Positions 17,758 to 25,268 of a stretch of 32,000 bases of DNA are shown in pieces. The notes beneath the pieces were generated by a model. The model worked only from the letters and a program-made list of their open reading frames with translations. It was not told the origin of the DNA and made no database searches. Source of the DNA: Ruminococcus sp. (GTDB lineage Bacteria > Bacillota > Clostridia > Oscillospirales > Ruminococcaceae); assembly GCA_017475555.1 (NCBI GenBank), contig JAFVFL010000033.1, positions 25,556 to 57,555 on the forward strand, written 5' to 3'. Both the position numbers and the translations under genes were made by a program. Every line of letters starts with the position of its first letter. The first letter of the stretch is position 1.

Positions 17758-17921
17758 CTCCTCTGCGGTTCAGCTGCCGATAGACCGGCTGTGCCTGGTG
17801 AAGCTCAATGATCTGTTTTTCTTTCCCAAAACTATTTTACTGTTTCTATGGTGTTTTCCAAATCTGTTGAAAATTGCGGTATATCAGCATAATGCTGCGG
17901 ACAAGTCCTGCTTGTACATAC

Positions 17922-17950
17922 ATTATATCATAATTTACAGAATATTGCAA
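17922..17950 (-). promoter_or_regulatory. SigA-type promoter for the ECF sigma gene
   Basis: On the minus strand: TTGCAA (17945-17950), 17-nt spacer, TATAAT (17922-17927). This implies a ~160-nt leader. Confidence 0.5.
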
Positions 17951-18053
17951 GCAGAAACGAAATAATTTATAATTATAGCTATCTGCCTTGATATGACAGC
18001 TTTGTGCTTTCTTTAATAAGACCAACTATATTCATTATAATTTAAGATAATTT

Positions 18054-18079
18054 AAGCCCGTCACTTATGTGACGGGCTT
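18054..18079 (-). terminator. Terminator-like hairpin (distal copy) downstream of tRNA-Arg
   Basis: 11-bp stem aagcccgtcac/gtgacgggctt with a 4-nt loop. On the minus strand it is followed by TTAAATTAT, and on the plus strand by TTTAT. It may act in both directions. Confidence 0.4.
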
Positions 18080-18191
18080 TTATGTCATGCTGTGCCGGAA
18101 TAGATGACGCTATTTTATTCTGCTTTGCAGTTTTCAAAGAGAAAATGAGCAGCTTCATTCTAATGAATAAAGAATATTTATTATAATTTAA

Positions 18192-18213
18192 GCCCGACAG
18201 GTCACTGTCGGGC
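18192..18213 (-). terminator. Terminator-like hairpin (proximal copy) 5 nt after tRNA-Arg 3' end
   Basis: 9-bp stem gcccgacag/ctgtcgggc with a 4-nt loop. On the minus strand it is followed by TTAAATTATAATAAATATTCTTTATTC. Confidence 0.5.
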
Positions 18214-18218
18214 GTTTC

Positions 18219-18295
18219 TGGCGTGCCTGGAGGGATTCGAACCCCCGACCTACTGGTTCGTAGCCAGTCACTCTATCCAGCTGAGCTACAAGCAC
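18219..18295 (-). tRNA. tRNA-Arg (anticodon ACG), CCA encoded
   Basis: A hand fold of the reverse complement gives acceptor GTGCTTG/CAGGCAC, D-arm GCTC-AGCTGGATA-GAGT, anticodon arm ACTGG-CTACGAA-CCAGT (ACG), variable loop AGGTC and T-arm GGGGG-TTCGAAT-CCCTC. The discriminator is G, followed by CCA. Length is 77 nt. Confidence 0.9.
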
Positions 18296-18307
18296 ATCAC
18301 GAGTTAT

Positions 18308-18336
18308 ATTTTACCACGGAATCAGAGAATTGTCAA
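18308..18336 (-). promoter_or_regulatory. SigA-type promoter for tRNA-Arg
   Basis: On the minus strand: TTGACA (18331-18336), 17-nt spacer, TGg-TAAAAT (18308-13). The -10 ends 12 nt before the mature 5' end. Confidence 0.65.
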
Positions 18337-18424
18337 GTACAAAGAAAAAATTCGTCAATCTGCACTATTATTGTGAGGAAAAGTTGTCATAATTGCAGAT
18401 TAATCTCGAAATGCCTTTTTTTTC

Positions 18425-18453
18425 TTGACAAAGTTTTTAATATTTGTTATAAT
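18425..18453 (+). promoter_or_regulatory. SigA-type promoter for tRNA-Lys (and probably the downstream CDS)
   Basis: TTGACA (18425-18430), 17-nt spacer, TGt-TATAAT (18448-18453). The -10 ends 11 nt before the tRNA 5' end. Confidence 0.7.
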
Positions 18454-18464
18454 AAAAATGTTGT

Positions 18465-18540
18465 GAGACATTAGCTCAGTTGGCAGAGCATACGCCTTTT
18501 AAGCGTAGGGTCGAGGGTTCAAATCCCTCATGTCTCACCA
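18465..18540 (+). tRNA. tRNA-Lys (anticodon UUU), CCA encoded
   Basis: Hand fold gives acceptor GAGACAT/ATGTCTC, D-arm GCTC-AGTTGGCA-GAGC, anticodon arm TACGC-CTTTTAA-GCGTA (TTT) and T-arm GAGGG-TTCAAAT-CCCTC. The discriminator is A, followed by CCA. Length is 76 nt. Confidence 0.92.
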
Positions 18541-18545
18541 TAAAT

Positions 18546-18576
18546 GCCGGCGGGAAACTGTCTGGCTTTTTTGTTT
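18546..18576 (+). terminator. Imperfect hairpin plus T6-G-T4 after tRNA-Lys (leaky terminator/processing site?)
   Basis: The stem gccgg.../...ctggc has only 5 bp (one G-U), then an internal mismatch. It is followed by ttttttgtttt. Confidence 0.3.
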
Positions 18577-18621
18577 TCAGGGATTTTTAAGTTTTCAACG
18601 TTTACAAAGGAGGATAGGAAT

Positions 18622-19932
18622 ATGGATCATACAAATGAGCTTATCTGCCCGAACTGCGGGCAGGTATTCGACATCGACAACGGAAAATACGCTTCACTGC
18701 TCGCTCAGGTCAGGAACCAGACCTTTGAGCATGAGATAGAGCAGCGTATGAGCGAGCTTAAGGAGCACATGAAGACCGAGCATGAGCAGCGGCTTGAGAT
18801 AAAGGTTCGTGATACCGAGGCTGCAAAGGAAAAGGAGATCACGGAGCTGAAGCTGAGGCTTGCTGACGCTGATTCGGATATCGCAGGGCTGAAAGAGAAG
18901 ATCGAGATAAGGGTTCGTGACACTGAGGCTGCAAAGGAAAAGGAGATCACGGAGCTGAAGCTGAAGCTTGCGGACGCTGATACGAATATCGCCGGACTGA
19001 AGGAGAAGCTTGAGGGCAGGAAAAACGAGGAGGAGCTGCTCGTTAAGCTGAAGCTGAGGGAGCAGACAGATGAGCTGCTGCGTGAAAAGGACGGAAAGAT
19101 AGCCGGTCTTGAGGCACAGCTCAGGGCTGCGGAGAAGCAGTTCGCCGACTACCGTGAGATGAGCATGAGGCTGTCTACAAAAATGGTGGGGGAGACTCTG
19201 GAGCAGCACTGCGAATATGAATTCAGGAAGATACAGCAGTATCTTTCGCCGGACAGGGTAAGCTTCGGCAAGGACAACGATTCGTCCTCCGGTACAAAGG
19301 GCGACTACATATACAGAGAGCTTTGCGAGGACGGAACGGAGCTTATTTCGATAATGTTCGAGATGAAGAACGAGGTCAGCACTACCTCGAATAAGCATAA
19401 GAACTCGGATTTCTACGCAAAGCTCGATAAGGACAGACAAACAAAGAAGTGCGGATATGCGGTGCTCGTCTCACGGCTCGAAGCGGACAATGAGCTGTTC
19501 AATCAGGGGATAACCGACGTTTCGTTCGGAGGCTATGATAAGATGTATGTCGTTCGTCCGCAGTGCTTCCTGACCATAATATCTATCCTTCGTGGGGCTG
19601 CTTTTTCGGCAGCTGAGGCACGCAGCCGTGTGAGGGTTCTTGAACAGCAGCAGATCGACGTTACGAATTTTGAGAAAAAGATAGACAAATTCCGCACAGA
19701 TTTTTCCAAGAGCTGCGACATGGCTCAGAAGCGCTTCAACACAGCTATAACGGACATAGACAAGGCTATAGCGGCATTGCAGGACGCAAAGGAAAAGCTC
19801 CTCGGCTCGCTCGATTCGCTCAATACAGCAGGCTCGAAGATAAACGATCAGCTCACGATAAAGAAGCTCACTCACGGCAATCCGACCATGCGAAGGCTCA
19901 TTGAAGCGGCAATGGACAGCAGTGACGAATAA
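18622..19932 (+). CDS. Uncharacterised protein, DUF2130-like: N-terminal CPNCG zinc-ribbon half, long coiled coil, C-terminal PD-(D/E)xK-like nuclease core
   Basis: The start is moved to ATG 18622 because SD aaaggagg (18606-18613) lies 8 nt upstream. The 26 upstream codons of the tracked ORF run almost up to the 3' end of the tRNA-Lys gene. The protein starts MDHTNELICPNCGQVFDIDNGKYASLL and has a Glu/Lys-rich heptad-like region. The block GDYIYRE...LISIMFEMKNE...GYAVLVS (nt ~19300-19470) fits a D...ExK signature. Confidence 0.8.
   Translation: MDHTNELICPNCGQVFDIDNGKYASLLAQVRNQTFEHEIEQRMSELKEHMKTEHEQRLEIKVRDTEAAKEKEITELKLRLADADSDIAGLKEKIEIRVRDTEAAKEKEITELKLKLADADTNIAGLKEKLEGRKNEEELLVKLKLREQTDELLREKDGKIAGLEAQLRAAEKQFADYREMSMRLSTKMVGETLEQHCEYEFRKIQQYLSPDRVSFGKDNDSSSGTKGDYIYRELCEDGTELISIMFEMKNEVSTTSNKHKNSDFYAKLDKDRQTKKCGYAVLVSRLEADNELFNQGITDVSFGGYDKMYVVRPQCFLTIISILRGAAFSAAEARSRVRVLEQQQIDVTNFEKKIDKFRTDFSKSCDMAQKRFNTAITDIDKAIAALQDAKEKLLGSLDSLNTAGSKINDQLTIKKLTHGNPTMRRLIEAAMDSSDE
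18796..19011 (+). repeat. In-frame tandem duplication, 2 x 108 bp (36 aa) inside the coiled coil
   Basis: Copy 1 (18796-18903) encodes EIKVRDTEAAKEKEITELKLRLADADSDIAGLKEKI. Copy 2 (18904-19011) encodes EIRVRDTEAAKEKEITELKLKLADADTNIAGLKEKL. By eye I count 12 nucleotide differences in 108. Confidence 0.9.
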
Positions 19933-19974
19933 CCAGTTAAAATAATGAAATATATATTTTTTTGATGAAAAGGC

Positions 19975-20003
19975 TTGACAACCGCCCCGGAATGATGTAT
20001 AAT
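19975..20003 (+). promoter_or_regulatory. SigA-type promoter for tRNA-Thr
   Basis: TTGACA (19975-19980), 17-nt spacer, TATAAT (19998-20003). The -10 ends 12 nt before the tRNA 5' end. Confidence 0.7.
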
Positions 20004-20015
20004 AGCTATTGTTGG

Positions 20016-20091
20016 TGCTGATGTGGCACAGTTGGTAGCGCATCGCCTTGGTAAGGCGGAGGTCACCGGTTCAAATCCGGTCATCAGCTCC
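20016..20091 (+). tRNA. tRNA-Thr (anticodon GGU), CCA encoded
   Basis: Hand fold gives acceptor GCTGATG/CATCAGC, anticodon arm TCGCC-TTGGTAA-GGCGG (GGT), variable loop AGGTC and T-arm ACCGG-TTCAAAT-CCGGT. The discriminator is T, followed by CCA. Length is 76 nt. The D-stem has one A-C mismatch. Confidence 0.9.
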
Positions 20092-20114
20092 AGCGGCGAA
20101 GAGCCGCGGGTGTT

Positions 20115-20152
20115 TCTGCATTCCAGTTATTCTCTGGAATGCAGATTTTTTT
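20115..20152 (+). terminator. Rho-independent terminator after tRNA-Thr
   Basis: 12-bp stem tctgcattccag/ctggaatgcaga (20115-20126 / 20134-20145) with a 7-nt loop, followed by seven T (20146-20152). Confidence 0.8.
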
Positions 20153-20164
20153 GCTTATTTTCAT

Positions 20165-20176
20165 GAAAATTTGTTC
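20165..20176. promoter_or_regulatory. Candidate LexA (Cheo/SOS) box upstream of uvrBA
   Basis: GAAAatttGTTC deviates at one position from the Firmicute GAAC-N4-GTTC core. It lies about 10 nt upstream of the putative -35 of the uvrB promoter. Confidence 0.3.
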
Positions 20177-20186
20177 GCAAAACCTC

Positions 20187-20215
20187 TTTTCAAACCATAC
20201 AGAATGTGGTATAAT
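20187..20215 (+). promoter_or_regulatory. Extended -10 promoter for uvrBA
   Basis: TGg-TATAAT at 20207-20215. The -35 is weak (TTTTCA at 20187-20192, 17-nt spacer). The uvrB ATG is ~100 nt downstream. Confidence 0.5.
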
Positions 20216-20313
20216 ATTATTGCTCTCTCAACTAAGCCTTGCTGATCAATGCTTGGCAGAGTATAATTGGCGGAGCAGCAGCACATACCTATGCTACTGA
20301 AAGGAGCAAGAAT

Positions 20314-22284
20314 ATGGCAGAAAAGGACAGATTTATCCTGCACTCACAGTATGCCCCGGCAGGCGACCAGCCGCAGGCTATAGATAAGCTCGTGCAGGGC
20401 ATAAACAGCGGCGTCAGGGAACAGATACTTCTCGGCGTTACCGGGTCGGGAAAGACTTTCACTATGGCTAACGTCATAGCAAGGGTCAACAAGCCTACCC
20501 TCGTGCTTGCACATAACAAGATCCTCGCTGCCCAGCTGTGCTCGGAGCTGAAGGAGTTTTTCCCGGAAAATGCAGTTGAATACTTCGTTTCCTACTACGA
20601 TTACTACCAGCCGGAGGCGTATGTTCCGAGTACGGACAGCTATATCGAAAAGGACTCCTCGATAAATGACGAAATAGACAAGCTCCGTCACTCTGCGACC
20701 TCTGCTCTTGCGGAACGCCGGGACGTTATCATCGTTGCGAGCGTTTCGTGTATCTACTCACTCGGAAGTCCGGACGAATACAGGAGTATGTGCGTTTCTA
20801 TCCGTCAGGGTGCGGAAAAGCCGAGAGATGAGCTTATCCGTGAGCTTGTAAAGATACGCTATGAGCGGAACGATATCGCCTTTGAGCGCAACAGGTTCAG
20901 GGTGAGGGGCGATGTTGTGGAGATATTCCCGGCACGCTCCGGCGATACCGCTATAAGGGTCGAGTATTTCGGCGACGAGATAGACAGGATATCTGAGATA
21001 AACACCGTCACCGGAGAGGTGAAGGCGACTCTCTCCCATGCGGCGATATTCCCGGCTTCGCATTACGTTGTAGGGGACGATAAGATAGATTCTGCACTTG
21101 AGGAGCTTGACAGGGAGCTTGCGGAGAGGATAGAGTATTTCAGCGGCGAGGGCAAGCTTATCGAGGCACAGCGTATCCGTGAGCGGACACAGTACGATAT
21201 GGAGATGATACGTGAGGTAGGGTATTGCAGCGGCGTTGAGAATTACTCCCGTGTGCTTGCAGGCAGACCGCCGGGAAGTATCCCGGAGACTCTGCTTGAC
21301 CATTTTCCGGAGGATTTCCTGCTCATCGTTGACGAGAGCCACGTTACTCTGCCGCAGGTAAGGGCTATGTATGCCGGGGACAGGGCGAGAAAGACGACCC
21401 TGATAGATTATGGCTTCAGGCTGCCCTCGGCACTCGATAACCGTCCGCTCAATTTCGATGAGTTCAATGCACATATCTCTCAGGCGGTGTACGTCAGTGC
21501 TACTCCCGGTGCTATCGAGCGTGAAAAGACCGATATCATCGTTGAGCAGGTGATACGTCCGACAGGACTTGTTGACCCGGAGATAATCGTCAAGCCGACT
21601 CAGGGACAGGTAGATGATCTGCTTTCAGAAATAAATATCCGTGCTGAGAGGAATGAGAGAGTGCTTGTCACTACGCTGACAAAGAAAATGGCTGAGGATC
21701 TGACGGCGTACTATGAGAATCTCGGCGTGAGGGTACGCTATCTGCACCACGATATCGACACCATAGAGCGTATGGAGATAATAAAGGACCTGAGAAGCGG
21801 AGAATTTGATGTGCTTGTGGGAATAAACCTTCTCCGTGAGGGACTTGATATCCCTGAGGTCAGCCTCATCGCAATACTCGATGCAGACAAGGAGGGCTTT
21901 CTCAGAAGTGAGACCTCGCTCATACAGACTATCGGCCGTGCGGCAAGAAATGCAGGCGGTCAGGTCATTATGTATGCCGACACCGTCACCGGCTCGATGG
22001 AAAGAGCGATAACCGAGACAGAACGCCGCAGAGGTCTGCAAACTGTATACAATAAAGAGCATGGTATCGTCCCGAAGACCATTATCAAGGAGGTAAGGGA
22101 CGTTCTTGAAATAACCTCAAAGGCAAAGGTAGAGGAAAAGACCGGAAAGAAGAAGCTCTCTGCGGCTGAAAGGCAGCAGCTGATCGACAAGCTCACCGCA
22201 GAAATGAAGAATGCAGCGAAAATGCTCGAATTTGAGCACGCTGCATATCTCCGTGACAAGATAAAGGAGCTTAAAGGCGAATAA
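20314..22284 (+). CDS. uvrB: Excinuclease ABC subunit B
   Basis: The start is moved to ATG 20314 because SD aaggag (20301-20306) lies 7 nt upstream. The protein starts [23 protein letters not shown]. It has Walker [14 protein letters not shown]-box VDESHVT and the C-terminal UVR motif [16 protein letters not shown]. Length is 656 aa. Confidence 0.96.
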   Translation: MAEKDRFILHSQYAPAGDQPQAIDKLVQGINSGVREQILLGVTGSGKTFTMANVIARVNKPTLVLAHNKILAAQLCSELKEFFPENAVEYFVSYYDYYQPEAYVPSTDSYIEKDSSINDEIDKLRHSATSALAERRDVIIVASVSCIYSLGSPDEYRSMCVSIRQGAEKPRDELIRELVKIRYERNDIAFERNRFRVRGDVVEIFPARSGDTAIRVEYFGDEIDRISEINTVTGEVKATLSHAAIFPASHYVVGDDKIDSALEELDRELAERIEYFSGEGKLIEAQRIRERTQYDMEMIREVGYCSGVENYSRVLAGRPPGSIPETLLDHFPEDFLLIVDESHVTLPQVRAMYAGDRARKTTLIDYGFRLPSALDNRPLNFDEFNAHISQAVYVSATPGAIEREKTDIIVEQVIRPTGLVDPEIIVKPTQGQVDDLLSEINIRAERNERVLVTTLTKKMAEDLTAYYENLGVRVRYLHHDIDTIERMEIIKDLRSGEFDVLVGINLLREGLDIPEVSLIAILDADKEGFLRSETSLIQTIGRAARNAGGQVIMYADTVTGSMERAITETERRRGLQTVYNKEHGIVPKTIIKEVRDVLEITSKAKVEEKTGKKKLSAAERQQLIDKLTAEMKNAAKMLEFEHAAYLRDKIKELKGE

Positions 22285-22302
22285 CACCAGGGGAAGGATA
22301 TA

Positions 22303-25122
22303 ATGAAGGATAAGATAATAGTCAAGGGTGCAAGGGCAAATAATCTGAAGAACATAGACGTTGAGCTGCCGAGGGACAGGCTCATCGTCATGACAGGGCT
22401 TTCAGGAAGCGGAAAGTCATCGCTTGCCTTTGATACGATCTACGCTGACGGACAGAGACGCTATGTTGAAAGTCTTTCGTCATATGCAAGAATGTTCCTC
22501 GGACAGATGGAAAAGCCGGACGTTGACAGTATCGAGGGGCTTTCCCCGGCTATATCCATAGATCAGAAGACCACCTCGAAGAATCCCCGCTCGACTGTCG
22601 GGACGGTAACTGAGATATACGACTATCTCAGGCTGCTTTTCGCACGTATCGGTATACCCCATTGTCCGATATGCGGCAGGGAGATAAGCCAGCAGAGCAT
22701 CGACCAGATGGTTGATACTCTTATGGCTCTGCCGGAGGGGACTAAGCTCCAGCTGCTCGCACCGATAGCAAGGAACAGGAAGGGCACGTTCCAGAAGGAG
22801 CTTGATTCCGCAAGAAAGGGCGGCTTTGTCCGGGTGCGTGCTGACGGGATCATGTATGAGCTTTCAGAGGAGATAAAGCTTGAAAAGAATAAGAAGCACA
22901 ACATCGAGATAGTCGTTGACAGGATAATAATAAAGCCCGGGATAGAGCCTCGTATCACCGACAGCCTTGAGACCGTGTTCAAGCTGACGGAGGGGCTTGC
23001 TGTTGCTGATATAATCGGCGGGGAGGAGATGATATTCTCCCAGAATTACGCCTGCCCGGAGCATAATATCAGTATCGGGGAGCTTGAACCGGTAATGTTT
23101 TCGTTCAACAACCCGGTCGGAGCGTGCCCGAAGTGTACAGGACTTGGTATGTTCAGGCATATCGACCCGGAGCTGATAATCCCGAACAGGGATCTTTCGA
23201 TAGAGGAGGGTGCGATAAAGGCTTCCGGCTGGAACAGCCTTGATGATACGTCGATAGCCATGATGTATTACAGGGCGATCTCCAGGCATTACGATATACC
23301 GCTCGATGTGCCGGTAAAGAAGCTGAAAAAGGCACAGCTTGATGTATTCCTCTACGGTACGGGCGATACCGCACTTGAGCTTGAAAGGTCGGGGACTATC
23401 GGGGGAGGAAAGTACCGCTCACCCTTTGAGGGTATCGTCAACAACCTCGAACGCCGCTACAACGAGACTGCGAGCGAATGGTCAAAGGCGGATATCGAGG
23501 AGTATATGAGCGAGGTAGAGTGCCCGGCTTGTAAGGGCAGGAGACTGCGTGACGAGTATCTTTCTGTAACTGTCGGCGGGAAGAATATAAGCGAGGTCAC
23601 AGACCTGTCTGTAAAGGGGGGACTTGATTTCTTTGATAATTTGGAGCTGACGCAGCAGCAGATGTTCATAGGTGAGCGTATCATCAAGGAGATAAAGTCA
23701 AGGCTCGGCTTCCTCGGCAGCGTGGGACTTGAATATCTCACACTGTCACGCTCCTCCGGTACTCTTTCCGGCGGCGAGAGCCAGAGGATACGCCTTGCGA
23801 CACAGATAGGCTCGTCACTCGTCGGAGTGCTGTATATCCTCGATGAGCCGTCTATCGGTCTGCACCAGCGTGACAACGACAAGCTGATCGCTACCCTGAA
23901 GCGGCTGCGTGATCTCGGCAATACGCTCATAGTCGTTGAGCATGATGATGATACGATACTTTCAGCGGATTATGTAGTCGATATAGGGCCGGGAGCTGGT
24001 GTCAACGGCGGAAACGTCGTATTTGCCGGGACTGTGCCGAAGCTGCTCAAATGCAGGGAGTCCGTGACCGGGCAGTACCTCAGCGGCAAGAGGAAGATAG
24101 AGCTGCCGGAGAAACGCAGAGAGGGAAACGGGCATTTTCTCACTGTAAAGGGTGCGGCGGAGCATAATCTGAAAAATATCGACGTTAAGATCCCGCTCGG
24201 CGAGCTGGTGTGCGTCACGGGTGTTTCCGGCTCCGGAAAGTCCTCGCTCGTCAACGGCATTATCCATAAGCACCTTGCGGCAAAGCTCAACCGTGCAAAG
24301 ACTCGTCCGGGTGCGTTCAGCTCAATGGAGGGGCTTGACCAGCTCGATAAGGTCATATGTATCGACCAGTCACCGATAGGCCGCACGCCGAGGTCTAACC
24401 CGGCGACATATACCGGCGTATTCAACGATATACGTGATCTTTTCGCACAGACCCCCGACGCAAAGGCTCACGGCTACACAAGCGGCAGATTCAGCTTCAA
24501 TGTCAAGGGCGGAAGATGTGAGGCGTGTGAGGGCGACGGAATAATCAAGATCGAAATGCACTTCCTGCCGGATATCTATGTGCCGTGCGAGGTCTGCAAG
24601 GGAAGAAGATACAATCGTGAAACGCTCGATGTGCATTACAAGGGCAAGTCGATATATGATGTTCTGGAAATGACGGTCGATGAGGGCGTCGAGTTCTTTG
24701 AGCATCTGCCGAAGATAGCCAGAAAGCTGAAAACCTTACAGGACGTAGGGCTTGGGTATATCAAGATAGGTCAGCCTGCGACGACACTCTCCGGCGGTGA
24801 GGCACAGAGAGTAAAGCTGTCAACTGAGCTGTCAAAGCGTGCGACCGGAAGGACGTTCTATATCCTTGACGAGCCTACGACCGGACTTCACACAGCTGAT
24901 GTGCATAAGCTGATAGATGTACTCTCACAGCTTGCAGATCAGGGAAATACTGTGCTTGTGATAGAGCACAATCTCAATGTGATAAAAATGGCTGACCATA
25001 TCATCGACCTCGGCCCTGAGGGCGGTGACGGCGGCGGAACTATCGTTGCACAGGGAACTCCTGAGGAGGTCGCAGCGTGTCCTGAGTCGTATACAGGGCA
25101 GTACCTGAAGCAGTATCTCTGA
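22303..25122 (+). CDS. uvrA: Excinuclease ABC subunit A
   Basis: 939 aa. Has two ABC ATPase modules (GLSGSGKSS and GVSGSGKSS; signatures LSGGESQR and LSGGEAQR) and the CxxC zinc modules (CPICG, CPKCTG, CEACEG, CEVCKG). Confidence 0.97.
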   Translation: MKDKIIVKGARANNLKNIDVELPRDRLIVMTGLSGSGKSSLAFDTIYADGQRRYVESLSSYARMFLGQMEKPDVDSIEGLSPAISIDQKTTSKNPRSTVGTVTEIYDYLRLLFARIGIPHCPICGREISQQSIDQMVDTLMALPEGTKLQLLAPIARNRKGTFQKELDSARKGGFVRVRADGIMYELSEEIKLEKNKKHNIEIVVDRIIIKPGIEPRITDSLETVFKLTEGLAVADIIGGEEMIFSQNYACPEHNISIGELEPVMFSFNNPVGACPKCTGLGMFRHIDPELIIPNRDLSIEEGAIKASGWNSLDDTSIAMMYYRAISRHYDIPLDVPVKKLKKAQLDVFLYGTGDTALELERSGTIGGGKYRSPFEGIVNNLERRYNETASEWSKADIEEYMSEVECPACKGRRLRDEYLSVTVGGKNISEVTDLSVKGGLDFFDNLELTQQQMFIGERIIKEIKSRLGFLGSVGLEYLTLSRSSGTLSGGESQRIRLATQIGSSLVGVLYILDEPSIGLHQRDNDKLIATLKRLRDLGNTLIVVEHDDDTILSADYVVDIGPGAGVNGGNVVFAGTVPKLLKCRESVTGQYLSGKRKIELPEKRREGNGHFLTVKGAAEHNLKNIDVKIPLGELVCVTGVSGSGKSSLVNGIIHKHLAAKLNRAKTRPGAFSSMEGLDQLDKVICIDQSPIGRTPRSNPATYTGVFNDIRDLFAQTPDAKAHGYTSGRFSFNVKGGRCEACEGDGIIKIEMHFLPDIYVPCEVCKGRRYNRETLDVHYKGKSIYDVLEMTVDEGVEFFEHLPKIARKLKTLQDVGLGYIKIGQPATTLSGGEAQRVKLSTELSKRATGRTFYILDEPTTGLHTADVHKLIDVLSQLADQGNTVLVIEHNLNVIKMADHIIDLGPEGGDGGGTIVAQGTPEEVAACPESYTGQYLKQYL

Positions 25123-25151
25123 TACCGGAGGGTCTGTTTCTGCATATACCC

Positions 25152-25180
25152 TTGACAAATCTGTACAAAAGAGGTATAAT
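25152..25180 (+). promoter_or_regulatory. SigA-type promoter for ileS
   Basis: Perfect TTGACA (25152-25157), 17-nt spacer, TATAAT (25175-25180). The leader is only ~85 nt and contains one 8-bp hairpin (25186-25213). Confidence 0.7.
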
Positions 25181-25268
25181 TTTAGTATTGCTAACCTTTC
25201 CGGGGTAGCAATATATATTATCGCAGAGGTTAAAGAGAACAGCCCCTGCTGAAAAAGGTGAGTGAATT

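Noticed and set aside
17747-17965. A 72-aa + strand ORF in the intergenic region upstream of the sigma gene
   Set aside because: It overlaps the sigma gene start, its leader and its promoter on the other strand. It has no SD and an odd hydrophobic, AT-driven composition (FFFPKTILLFLW...YIIIYRIL). It is most likely non-coding.
18086-18190. A possible 38-codon minus-strand mini-ORF (MKLLIFSLKTAKQNK...) between the two terminator-like hairpins
   Set aside because: No SD precedes the ATG. The frame runs through the distal hairpin, and nothing suggests it is translated. It is kept only as part of the hairpin-module observation.
18796-19011. Tandem repeat considered as a CRISPR-like or minisatellite array
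   Set aside because: There are only two copies, directly adjacent with no spacers. The repeat is in-frame within a CDS and encodes coiled-coil sequence, so it is reported as a coding duplication.
18219-20091. Genomic island or integrated element at the tRNA-Arg/tRNA-Lys/tRNA-Thr cluster
   Set aside because: There is no integrase, recombinase or transposase. I found no direct repeat of any tRNA 3' end in the flanks. Only one non-tRNA gene lies between the tRNAs, and its composition looks the same as the surrounding genes.
25123-25268. T-box riboswitch upstream of ileS, and likewise at 28389-28464 upstream of valS
   Set aside because: The leaders are ~85 nt and 76 nt, far too short for a stem I/specifier/antiterminator architecture. 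I saw no T-box-like AGAGA/GNUGGNA core. The absence itself is reported as an observation.
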